Below are positions 13,049 through 25,131 of a stretch of 64,000 nucleotides of DNA, in pieces. The DNA comes from Paraspadella gotoi (lineage: Eukaryota > Animalia > Chaetognatha): positions 25,588,736 to 25,652,735 of the forward strand of contig CM119266.1 in assembly GCA_051294375.1 (NCBI GenBank), in the 5' to 3' direction. Below the pieces are notes generated by a model. It saw only the letters and a list, made by a program, of their open reading frames with translations. It was not told the origin of the DNA and did not search any database. The translations under genes and the position numbers were made by a program. Position 1 is the stretch's first letter; the number at the start of each line of letters is the position of its first letter.

Positions 13049-13630
13049 CCCGATCCGAGCGGAAGAAGCCCGGAAGGAGAAGCTGAGTCGATCGGAAGCC
13101 ACTGCACGCCGGCCGCCTCCGGTCTACGGCTTGACGTTCGGGAGAGCTGAGTAATATGACTCCATGGCCTGATACTCAGAAGCCTCGTATCAGCGCAGCC
13201 TCCGGGCAGCGCGCGGCGGCGAGCGGTTCTCCCTGCCTTCGACTTTACTTCGCTTCGGCTCTTCTTTTACTTCCTCTTCCTCTTTCCTTCTCCCTTATCT
13301 CCCGGATCCGGCGCGACGACCAGAGTCCGATCCTGTCGGCAGCCGCAGCCAAACTGACTTATCTTTCTCTCTCTCTTACCCCTCGTTCACCGCCGACTCT
13401 CTCTCTCTGCCTCGACGCGGACTCGATCATGGGTTGCTGCGGCAATCCGGGAGTCTTTCTTTTTCAAGAAATTGTATTTGAGCTTAGTATTCTGGCTTTA
13501 TTGAGCAACTTAACTGACTAAAGCTAGGGTAGTCTGTGATTTTTTTATTTTTAAATTTCTCCTCAATTTTAAAAGATCTTTTTTTAAATTGTTTCAGTCT
13601 TACTGCTACAGTAAAATTAAACGCCAATGG
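13049..13630. repeat. Right direct repeat (~580 bp)
   Basis: CCCGATCCGAGCGGAAGAAGCCCGG...AAATTAAACGCCAATGG. The minus strand carries TCAGTT followed closely by AATAAA. Confidence 0.85.
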
Positions 13631-13980
13631 AGAGAGAGAAAGAGAGAGAGAGAGAAGAAAGAAAAAATAAAACAATTTGAAATTTTTGAGAAAATAAAAT
13701 AAAAACAAACAAAAAAAGATACAAGAGTCATAAACACTCACGGAGATCTAGCCCCACACACAAGAATAGCGAGACAGAGACAGAGAAGAGAGAACGAGAC
13801 GAATATGAAGACCTTGGCTGTTGCCCTTTAATGGAAAATATACGAGCGACCAACAGAAGCGGAACAGTAAAGACCATCCATGTATAATAGGGTGAAGTGA
13901 AAGTTTGGAATCAAAATTTAGCAGTTATATCTTGAAAACTATCATATTAGTGAATACTAATCTGTAATTATTTTTCTTTT

Positions 13981-14401
13981 TTTATAAATATAGTAGCCCA
14001 GGCAGCTTATTTTGTATATAGTACTACCCTTATATAATGTCAAAATTTTAAAATGTTTTTTTTTTTTAATTCTGAGAACAGATTCAGATTCCTCGTTAAA
14101 AGTTAATAAAAAAAAAGTATAAATCTTTTTCAAAAATTATGTTATTAAGTAGGTTAAAATTACAAAAAACTATATTTTTAAGCTGGAAATTTAAAATCGG
14201 CGTCTTAAATATAGTTTTTTATATTTTTGACTAACTTAATGAAAGAATTTTTAAAAAAGAATTGTACTTTCTTATAATAACTTTTTGCAAGGAATCCGAA
14301 TCCGATCTTAAAATTTAAAAATTTGTATTTTGAAATTTTAGCCTATTATATACTTATTACTATATATAAATATAGCTCACTGGTGCCCACTAATGTATAA
14401 A
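13981..14401. mobile_element. AT-rich fold-back/MITE-like element (~420 bp, long imperfect inverted arms)
   Basis: Left-arm AGATTCAGATTCCTCGTTAAAAGTT pairs with right-arm AACTTTTTGCAAGGAATCCGAATCCG. The arms meet near 14190-14200. Confidence 0.7.
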
Positions 14402-14994
14402 TTTAAAAAATAAATTTACCAAAAGATTTTTATTGGTTTTTATGTTCATGTTTTATATATATTTTATATTATATTTTAATTTTCTAAAATTTTATCATTT
14501 TCACATCACTCTAATGTATAATATAAAGCAAAAAAGACGAAACGACGACGACGACGACGACGGCTGCAAAACCGCAAAAGCAGAAAAAAAGCTTCCGAGT
14601 CCCCGAGCCCTAAGACGTCATGGTCAGTGGGTTAGAAAAACCTAAGAGAGGGAAAAATTTTCATCGTCTCGGCGAAGTTGCCCTGAGAAAGTAATCATCA
14701 TCGTCGTTGTCGTCGTCTTCATCGTCGTTGTCGTCGTCTTCATCGTCGTTGACGTCGTCATCCGTCGACCGTAGTGTTGGGAGTATGCCACACCCTTTGT
14801 TGTCGCGGTTCTCATAAACTTTATCTTCTTCACAACAAGGCAAAGACCGTCGCCATTTTCTTCGTCGTCGTCATCATCATCGTCGTCACTTTTGGTCATC
14901 GTTTTTCATTAACGTCTACGTCGTCGTCAGCGACATCTACGTCGTCGTCTTCGACATCTACGTCGTCGTCATCGTCATTTTCATCATCTAGTGG

Positions 14995-15034
<40 letters not shown>

Positions 15035-15209
15035 ACGAGAGAGAGAGAGAAGAGAAGAAAGGGAGTAATTTTAGTTTTTTGGCTGAAGTATTATAATCTC
15101 TTTTATGCGTAAATCAAGTTAATCTCGACAACTGAAAGCGAGAGAAGATGAACGCGAAAAATTGAAGAAAGGACAAGCTCGCGCGTGAGTTTGAGTGTGT
15201 GAAAGAGAG

Positions 15210-15279
<70 letters not shown>

Positions 15280-15294
15280 GAGAAGAGGAGGAGA

Positions 15295-17414
15295 GAGAGA
15301 GGATAGATACTGATTTTTACACATAACGGACAAGATGGCGAAAAACTCGGGGCAAAGACGCGATGTTTGAAGACAATAGATCATCTGTTGATGATAAGAC
15401 CTCTCTGCTAATCATGCAATTCGGGAAATGATGAGTCGACGAACGACGACGCGAACGACGAACGAGAACGACGACGGCGGTGCCAGAAATAATCTGATGT
15501 CGGTAATCATTCGACCATAACAAGGACCCTGACGGGGAGTTTCTCTGGCGGGATTAAAGATGAAAATAAAGATAAAAAAAAAATGAAGGAGAGATAGGAA
15601 AAGAAAAAGAAAAAAAAAAGCAGAAATGAGAATCAACAAGGAGGAAAAGGAAAACCAAAACGAAACCGCCGGCGGAAAAATATTTTTTAAAGGGGAGGGG
15701 TGGGAGCGGAAACGAAATCGGGGGGGGGAGCGGTTATGTATAAAATAGGAAAGTCCGAGGAAAAAAAAATCCTACATGTTGTTCCGGAGAAGCGACGCGA
15801 GAAGTGTATGAAACGACGATTCGTAAACAAACGGACCAAGAGATGATGAGCTTCCGAGTGAGCGGGGGAAAAAGGAAGATAACTGATAATAAAAACAATG
15901 AGAAGAGAGAGACCAGAGAGAAGAGAGAGAGACGAGAGAGAGAGAAGAGAGAGAGAGAGAAGAGGAAGAGTCGTGGACACGAACAAGCGTGGAGAACCTC
16001 GCGTCGTAGATTTTTTCTTTGTTTTTCTCCCCCTCGAGGGTTTTTTCTCCGTCTCTCCCTCGCCCCATGCCTTCCCCCTGCCTCCTTCCCGGCCCGCCTT
16101 CTAAGAAAAGGAGTCGGATTCTCGGGTGATAAATCATCGGTTGCGGCTTTGACGCTACCTAGAAAGGGGGATGGTAGGTGGAGTGGATAAGGTCGATGAC
16201 ACTACTGGAGAGAGAGCGTGGACTTGGAGTGGTGGGGTGATGAGAGACCAAGGACGCCACCGGGCGTCATGGAGGAAGAGAAGCTCAGGAAAGCGAACGA
16301 GGATTAATTATCTACCGGTTTCATCGGTTTGACAGAAAAGGATGGTTTAATATGTTTTAACTTATGATAAAAGTACATGGTTTTAATATATTTACAATTA
16401 TTATTAAAGATTAATCAGGAGCTTCTTTTTTTTCTGAAGATTTCCCTGACGAAATCGGTGTTTGGTTATTCGTTTTCGGTCAGACCCGGCTGTAATATAA
16501 AAACCATATAAGCCGATGCGGTAAAAATCGTAAATTATAAAATATTTTTTCCCGATAGGCCTCGGATTGGCGTGGGGGATTCGGAAAAAGAGAAAATGAA
16601 CTGATATTAGATGCGAAGAGAAAACGGAACCGATGGATTCCGAGTGGAAGAAAATACATTAGGAGTTTATGAGGTTTTCTTTGAGGGAGAATCGCAAACA
16701 ATTGAATGCAAATGGAGGATTGGGAGAATGAAGATGAAAAAACGACAATGAAGAAAGATTAATAAAGATGAATGAACATTAAAGTGGTAAATGGAAGATG
16801 CGAAGAGTAAGTCGATAAAGTACATTCTTAATGATGTAAGATAATGAGATTATAATGAGATAAGCATAACCTCTGCAAGCAATGATATTAGATCAATTAT
16901 TAGTCATGCCGTTATCCTTGAATGGGATTTAAATTGTTAATCAAATACTTTTAAGACTGTTAACTGAGTAACAAAAAGACAAGGAGTAAAGACAAGATTA
17001 TCATCCAGGATCCGCGCTGGTTTTGTCAGTTTCAAAGGGTCACACAGTCGTTAGGTGCTAAGTCGAGACAGAGTGGGAAATAAGAAGAAAGAAAAAAGGA
17101 ATCGATTAGAAGACGAAGACGAAGACAAAGAGAGAAGAAGAAGAAGATAGAAGAAGAGAAGAAGAAAGAAGAAGAAGAAAGAGAAGAAGAAGGGGAAGGA
17201 AGAGGGAAGAGGAAGACAAAATAATTAGAAGCTTCAGATTATCGCGGTGAAATTTGGAGTTAGATAGGGATTAAGAAATTTAGAAGGAAAGCAAAACGAG
17301 AAGGAACAAAAAAAAAAAAAAAAAACAAAAAAAAAATGAAATAAAATAACGTGACGCGGAAGTAACGGCGAAGATGTTACACTTAGAGGAGGAGAGGAGA
17401 GAGAGAAGAGAGAG

Positions 17415-17465
<51 letters not shown>

Positions 17466-18116
17466 TGGAGAGAGAGAGAGAGAAAGAAAGAAAGCGGAAG
17501 GCTAAGAGCCTTTTCGTCTAGAAAAATAAAAAAAGTTTGAACCGGAACGCAGCGAGAGAGAACGCAAAAAAGAAACAGAGAGAGAAAGCAACAAAATAAA
17601 GAGAGAGAGCGAGACGAGAGAGAAGAAGAGAGGAAGAAGAAAAAGAGGAAGAGGAAAGGGAAGAGAGGAGAGAGGAGGGCGAGGAATGAGAGCATCTCCC
17701 TGACCCAAGTGACTGTAATTCGACCAAAATGCTCCTGTTTGACAAATAAAAAAAAAAAAAAAAAAACTCAACAAAAAACACACACAAAAAAAGAAAGTCA
17801 GACTCTTTCTTTCATGTATCGTGTCCCACTATTTCATATCGCTTTTCCCCTTTTTATCCCCGTTTCTCCTTTTGCGTTTTTCTTTTTTGGACGTTTTTGT
17901 CGTCCGAAGGATATTTGGTCGCTGGGAAGGTTTGATCGGTAATGATACAACGATAGAGACAGAGATCGGGAAGGGGGCGAAAGGGAAATAATGTGGACTT
18001 GGTCACGGAAAGAAAGTTGAATGGAAATAAGAATGCAGAGAGAGAGAGAAAAAAAAAGAAAGAGAGGAGAATAGAGAGAGAGAGAGCAGAGAGCATGAGA
18101 CAGAGAGAGAGAAGAG

Positions 18117-18172
<56 letters not shown>

Positions 18173-18708
18173 TGAGAGAGAAAAGAGAGAAGACGAGAGC
18201 CATATAGGTATAGAGAGTTTTTTTTTCAACTCCACCCTAACCCTCGCGCCCAAGCGTCTTTTTCGCACAACTTTCAACTCTTTCTGCCTCTCCCAGATGA
18301 AAAAAAAAGAGTTTTAATTGCTCGAGTTCCATTGATAAAAACGTTTTATTGCTCGAGTCCCATTGATAAAAAAAAAACGAAAGTGTAGAAAAATGGAGAC
18401 AGCACAAAAAAAAAAAAAAGGAGAGAGAGAGTTGAAAACATTTATTTGAAAAGCGCGAGAAATGAAAGAGGGAAAAGAGGGTGGGACCAGGAGGGTGGCG
18501 AGGGGAGGGTGTTAGGGGGAGAGGGGAGAGTGTAAGTAGGCCGGTAGAGAGAGAGAGAGGGAGTCAAAAAATTCTGTAGAAAAAAAACGAAGCGGAGACG
18601 GAATGGAAAGGAAACCACGACTGTGGAGAAAGAAAAAGTCGCATTGTGGTCCCAGAATCGGAGCTGAAATGAGATGCTGAATGCACGAATGGCGGAGAAG
18701 AGAGCAGA

Positions 18709-18747
<39 letters not shown>

Positions 18748-19856
18748 AGAAGAGAGAGAGGAGAGAGAGAGAGAGAGGAAAAATCGAAATTGTGTGTGAA
18801 GGAAGAGGAAAAAGCCGATGAGATAGATGACAGAGTAGAACAGGTGTGCGTGATAATTGGAACGAAGAAGAGAAAGTTGAGCTCGAAAGCGAAAGTAAAA
18901 AAGTGAACGACTATTACAGAACTATTATCTCCGTTTCCTCTCGGTGATGTTAAAGAAGTAGGTTTGCTGTTTGTTCATTAAATAAATACATCTTGATATT
19001 AATGTGCAAGGAAATTGTTTCAAAAAAGGAAAGGTAAGAAAACAAGCTAACTTAAGCATTAACATCATAAATCATAAACAACATAAACAATAAATCAATC
19101 TTATCAAAAATAAAGATAAGAATACTGTAATTTGATATCAAATGAGGCTTTCATCCTAAAAAAAAATTTATTAAATTTGAACTCGATATAGTCCTTTTTT
19201 ACTTACTTTTATCATTTTAATGATTTCTTCGTATTCATCGCAGAGGCAATCGAACTCGAAAGGAATTTGAATACGAACTGCATGATCGCTGATTTTGCCC
19301 TATGATGGTCGCTTTCGCGTCAGTTAGAACTTTCGGCCTGCAGCAGAGCTTTATTCGATCTATATTGTCGTATCGACGACGTGCGCTAACTGCAGTGTCG
19401 CCCTCCCCTAAATTGTGCGTCGCGGCCTAAAATAAACACACACACACTCTCTTCTACTTCTCTCTCTCCTCTCTCTCTCTCTCGTCTCTCTCTTCTCTCT
19501 CAATCCTTTCTCTTCTGATCGTCTCTCTTCGGTCTCTTCTTTATCTCTTCAAACTCGGCCTCGGGTCAGTCGCTTGGAGGTCACTTGATGCGATGGCATT
19601 CGTCAGTTTCGGGACAATTCCTCTATCTTCTCAACTCTCGTCATTTCTTACGATGTGTTTTTGTTTTCATGAAACATCCTCTAACGAAAAAGTCGGAGAA
19701 ACATAAAGAAAAGAAAAAAGAGCATCGGAATCATTCGTCCTGCGCACGTCGCGTGGGGTCGCTACGTGCTGTCCCAGTATTCATTTCCTTCTCTTTCCGT
19801 TATGGGAGGGAGGGAAAGATAGAAGAGAGAGAAGAGAGAGAGAGGAGAGAGAGAGA

Positions 19857-19889
<33 letters not shown>

Positions 19890-20636
19890 GGAGGAGTGGA
19901 GGGACCAAAGAAGAAGATGATATCCAAATTAACATGTGGTTCATTCAAAGTCGGAAAATCGCTCCCTTCAGTTTTTAATCTTTGTTATACAATAAGGCAT
20001 AGAATCTAATGCAGCACTAGCGATGTCTATAATGACTATCAGATGTATAATGTAATGTAAAATTGAAATTGAGTATTTTTTCTTGATTCCCACTGTATTG
20101 AAAAAGGACAACGAAGACGAACGACGACGACTAAAACTACCGTAAAACGAGACGATCGACGACGATGGCGAAACGTGAGTACCCACAACACATCAACCTC
20201 TTTGTAAACAACTTTCACTAAAAAAAAAAGCGTGAAAAACTAGGACAGCGTTTCCATGGCGACGACGAGAAAGTCGACGATGAATGAAAACAAAGACCTT
20301 TAAAATTAGGTATAATTCTTTCTCTTTTTTTCTTTATTTCTCTCTCTCTCTCTCTCTCCCATCTCTCTGCTCTCTCTCTCTCTCGTCTCTCTCCTCTCCT
20401 CTCTCTCTCGTCTCCTCTCTCTTCTCTCTCTCTCTTCTCCTCTCTCTCACTCAATTCACTCACTGAAGCACTTCAAATTAACAACAAATAAAAACAAAGA
20501 ATCAAAACAATCGCCTCGAAATTGGCGCTCGTCGGATTAATACGTAGAGGCGAGAAATGACTCCACGGATTTCCGGAACAGATGGAGAGGACACAAAGAG
20601 AGAAGAAGAGAAAGGAGAGAGAGAGAGAGAGAGGAG

Positions 20637-20673
<37 letters not shown>

Positions 20674-21014
20674 CGAGAGAGCGTAACAGCTTATAAAACG
20701 AGGAAAACACTTTTCGTAAGTGGGGCCCTTTTACAGTTCTTTAGAATCGGGTAAAAGTAAAGGTTCTTGCCGATTCACCTCAGTTTCATAACATTAGCCA
20801 AAACTTCATTGAATCTCAATGTCGTATACGGAAAATTATTATTCCTGATGTCAGTTGTGAGAGGAAAAAGTGAGTCGCTAAAATGATCAGTCGATGAGAG
20901 GACAATTACGTATTGAGACTCATTGGACCAAATCGATTCGATTTCGGGCGGGTTGTTGGTGCCTCGAGTTGATCAGGTGCCACTTTGAGTAAACAAAGGG
21001 ACAAATTGAGAGAT

Positions 21015-21101
<87 letters not shown>

Positions 21102-21136
21102 TGAGAGAGAGAGAGAGAGAAGAGGAGAGAGAGAGA

Positions 21137-21179
<43 letters not shown>

Positions 21180-22572
21180 GAGAGAGAGAGAGGAGAGAGA
21201 GAGAGAGTAGAGATGTGAGAGGTGAAGATGAGAGAATGGAGAGGGAGAGGAGGAGAGAGAGAGTAGCGAAATGAGAAGTAAGTAAGAAGTAGATGAGAAG
21301 AAAATAAAACAATTTGAATTTTTGAGAAATAAAATAAAAAAACAAACAAAAAAAGATACAATGAGTCATAAACACTCACGGAGATCTATGCCCCTACACA
21401 CAAGAATAGCAGAGATAGAGACAGAGAAGAAGAGATACGAACAATATGACAGACCTTGTGTTTGCCCTTTAATGGAAAATATACGAGCGACCACAGAAGC
21501 GGAATCAGTAAAGACCATCATAGTATGATAGGGTGAAGTGAAAGTTGGAATCAATAATTTAGGCAGTTATATCTTGAAAATACATATTAGTGATATCTAA
21601 TCTGTGAATTATTTTTCTTTTTTTATAAATATAGTAGCCCAGGCAGCTTATTTTGTATATAGTACTACCTTATATAATGTCAAAATTTTAAATGTTTTTT
21701 TTTATTATTCTGAGAACAATTCAGATTCCTCGTTAAAAGTTAATAAAAAAAAGTATAAATCTTTTTCAAAATTATGTTATTAGTAGGTTAAAATTACAAA
21801 AAACTATATTTTTAAGCTGGAAATTTAAAATCGGCGTCTTAAATATAGTTTTTTATATTTTTGACTAACTTAATGAAGAATTTTTAAAAAGATTGTACTT
21901 CTTATAATAACTTTTGCAAGGAATCCGAATCCGATCTTAAAATTTAAAAATTTGTATTTTGAAATTTTTAGCCTATTATATACTTATTACTATATATATT
22001 ATAGCTCACTGGTGCCATAATGTATAAATTTAAAAAATAAATTTACCAAAAGATTTTTATTGGTTTTTATGTTCATGTTTTATATATATTTTATATTATA
22101 TTTTAATTTTCTAAAATTTTATCATTTTCACATCACTCTATAGTATATATAAAGCAAAAAAGACGAACGACGACGACGACGACGACGGCTGCAAACCGCA
22201 AAAGCAGAAAGAAAAGCTTCCGAGTCCCGAGCCCTAAGACGTCATGGTCAGTGGGGTTAGAAAAACCTAAGAGAGGAAAAATTTTCATCGTCTCGGCGAA
22301 GTTGCCCTGAGAAAGTAATCATCATCGTCGTTGTCGTCGTCTTCATCGTCGTTGTCGTCGTCTTCATCGTCGTTGACGTCGTCATCCGTCGACCGTAGTG
22401 TTTGGAGTATGCACACCTTTGTTGTCGCGGTTCTCATAAACTTTATCTTCTTCACAACAAGGCAAAGACCGTCGCCATTTTCTTCGTCGTCGTCATCATC
22501 ATCGTCGTCACTTTTGGTCATCGTTTTTCATTAACGTCTACGTCGTCGTCAGCGACATCTACGTCGTCGTCT
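15295..22572 (+). repeat. Copy 2 of the large direct duplication; lacks the 10621-13630 insertion and the 8072-9000 inversion
   Basis: Colinear match to copy 1 with long-read-type indel noise. Confidence 0.9.
21622..22028. mobile_element. Same fold-back MITE-like element in duplication copy 2
   Basis: Near-identical to 13981-14401. Confidence 0.7.
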
Positions 22573-22597
22573 NNNNNNNNNNNNNNNNNNNNNNNNN

Positions 22598-23042
22598 GAA
22601 TTTCCGTCGTCGTGTCGTCATCGTCATCTGTACGTGTGTCTCGATCATCATACGGTGCGTCAGTCGTCATTCGTCGTCGATCTCGTCGTCGCTCGTCGAA
22701 TCTACGTCGTCGTCATCACATCTACGTTGTCGTCATCGTCAACTTTGTCGTCGTCGTCGCATCGTACGTCGTCGTCATCGTCATCTTCGTCTGTCATCGA
22801 ATCTACGTCGTCGTCATCGTCATCTCGTCACTCGTCATCTTCGTCGTCGTGGTCGACATACTACTCGGTTCTCGTATCCGACATCTACGTCGTCTCGATC
22901 GTCATCATCTCTCTTTTCATCGACATCTACGTCGTCGTCATCGTCATCTTCGTCATTGTCATCTTCGTCGTCATCTTCGTCGTTGTCAGCGACATCTACG
23001 TCGTCGTCATCGTCATCTTCGTCGTCATCTTTGTCGTCGTCC
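22598..23042. repeat. Compound GTC/ATC minisatellite with recurring unit CGACATCTACGTCGTCGTCATCGTCATCTTCGT
   Basis: The higher-order unit recurs several times; the minus strand reads as Asp/Val-rich peptide. Confidence 0.85.
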
Positions 23043-23513
23043 CTCGTCTCATTCTTCTGGCCCAACACGCTAGTTTCCTCTATTTTTTCTCCTATTTTTT
23101 TTTCAACGCGTCGAACTTAAAATTCCGACCAACGAAAAGTAAATATATCTTTTCCGTGTTTCTCTTTTATTCTCATTGTTTTTTTTTTATTCCGGGTGTC
23201 GCGGAGTCTTTTCTTTTCGGTTCCATCCGGGGTTGATGGCGGTGGCGGGGGGTTGGGAGAGGGGGCGCTTCAATTTCCGGTTTCCGTTAGCGTCGCCAGT
23301 GCGTACGCGAGGCCGAATCTACCGCCCCCCCNNNNNNNNNNNNNNNNNNNNNNNNNNNNNNNNNNNNNNNNNNNNNNNNNNNNNNNNNNNNNNNNNNNNN
23401 NNNNNNNNNNNNNNNNNNNNNNNNNNNNNNNNNNNNNNNNNNNNNNNNNNNNNNNNNNNNNNNNNNNNNNNNNNNNNNNNNNNNNNNNNNGAGTCAGGCC
23501 AGCCTTGCCTGAG

Positions 23514-23613
23514 TCAGGCCAGCCTTGCCTTCTTTTGGGGGTAGAAGCATTCGTCAATCGCGAACCGATATAAACCGTCCGACCGACGGACCACAAAATA
23601 TTTCTTACCGTAC
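23514..23613 (-). CDS. Tentative terminal coding exon (YGKKYFVVRRSDGLYRFAIDECFYPQKKARLA*), product unknown
   Basis: Acceptor-like CTAATCCTTAACTCAG|, complex peptide, TGA at 23516-23514. The site could alternatively be a donor (CAG|GTACGG). Confidence 0.25.
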
Positions 23614-24692
23614 CTGAGTTAAGGATTAGATTAGAGTTGGATGTGTTGTGGATTAGGATTTGGATTATGGGTTAAGTATTTGTTAAGCGACGATAGATTA
23701 AATATTTACGTTAAAATAAAGTTCGGGGATTAGGAACAGAAACTAGACGTTATCGGAAGATAATGCCCGATTTTAAAATAGCGCGCCAATTTTGGTTTTC
23801 TGTTTTGCGAAATTTAGGTAGGGAACCGATTTTCGTCGAAAAATGCATCAGGTGGCGTCGGTTGACGGTTTTTTGCCGCGTCTAAATCTGATGGAGAGAA
23901 TCGACAATTTTTTTTCTTATTGGATCACGATTGTACTGAAGTAAGAAATTAAATGCGGCCAAATTTCGTGTATCTTTTTCGGTCGGTCTTAACCAAACGC
24001 CAACGTTTTTAAATAACTTACATAAAAAAACATAATTATATTGAAATAGATCATTTTATATTTACGGAAAACTAAAAATTTACACACAAAGAAATTTAAG
24101 CAGCTCCTTTTTCATTTCAATCGCCGACTTTTTGCAAATGACAAAACAACAAACAAATATTTAACAACAATAAGTTATAAGCTTAAAAAGACTAATAAAG
24201 GAAACATCCGCCTGAGAATCGCCGAGGAGAATCGGCTGGAGGCGTCCAATTTAGGCGTCTGGGATAATTACGACATCTCTCTCTCTCTCTCNNNNNNNNN
24301 NNNNNNNNNNNNNNNNNNNNNNNNNNNNNNNNNNNNNNNNNNNNNNNNNNNNNNNNNNNNNNNNNNNNNNNNNNNNNNNNNNNNNNNNNNNNNNNNNNNN
24401 NNNNNNNNNNNNNNNNNNNNNNNNNNNNNNNNNNNNNNNNNNNNNNNNNNNNNNNNNNNNNNNNNNNNNNNNNNNNNNNNNNNNNNNNNNNNNNNNNNNN
24501 NNNNNNNNNNNNNNNNNNNNNNNNNNNNNNNNNNNNNNNNNNNNNNNNNNNNNNNNNNNNNNNNNNNNNNNNNNNNNNNNNNNNNNNNNNNNNNNGAGTG
24601 GAAATCTAATCTCATCTCGATTGAAATCTCGATTTTCCGTCGAGTTAATTCCGCTTCACTCAAATCATCTTACTTTATAATATTCGTTGCCA

Positions 24693-24730
<38 letters not shown>

Positions 24731-25052
24731 AACAAAGTCCGTTAATTTTCATTCTCGTTTCTCTTTGTCTACTTTTTTCTAATGATGTAATATATAAATA
24801 AATACGTATATAGTAGGATGTTTCCTCTGTTGCCAGATGGAAACCCTAATATGCACCTCCCAATAATTAATAAATATTATCAGATTCAAATAATTAAAAC
24901 GAGGGATAATAAATANNNNNNNNNNTTGAAAACTAAAAACTTGAAATAGTAAAAAAATTATATGTACTATTTGATAATTTATAATGTCACATATTTCTTA
25001 CAATAAAATATATTCTTTTTATTTCTTACTCTTCCCACTTTTTTTCCATCTC

Positions 25053-25131
<79 letters not shown>

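Larger units (their letters stand above)
10621..13630 (-). mobile_element. Presence/absence insertion of ~3 kb bounded by long direct repeats; unclassified LTR-like element
   Basis: Copy 1 reads AAAGGGACAAT[insert]..CAATGGAGAGAG and copy 2 reads AAAGGGACAAATTGAGAG (~20995-21012). Direct repeats lie at 10621-11460 and 13049-13630. Confidence 0.6.
3890..14960 (+). repeat. Copy 1 of a large direct duplication (probably haplotype 1)
   Basis: 3890-8046 matches 15295-19447, 9150-10620 matches 19640-21005, and 13665-14952 matches 21300-22572. The matches are colinear with scattered 1-2 bp indels. Confidence 0.9.

Noticed and set aside
13150-13200. Hammerhead ribozyme/retrozyme in the direct repeats
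   Set aside because: No CTGAnGA...GAAA core with the required stems on either strand by eye
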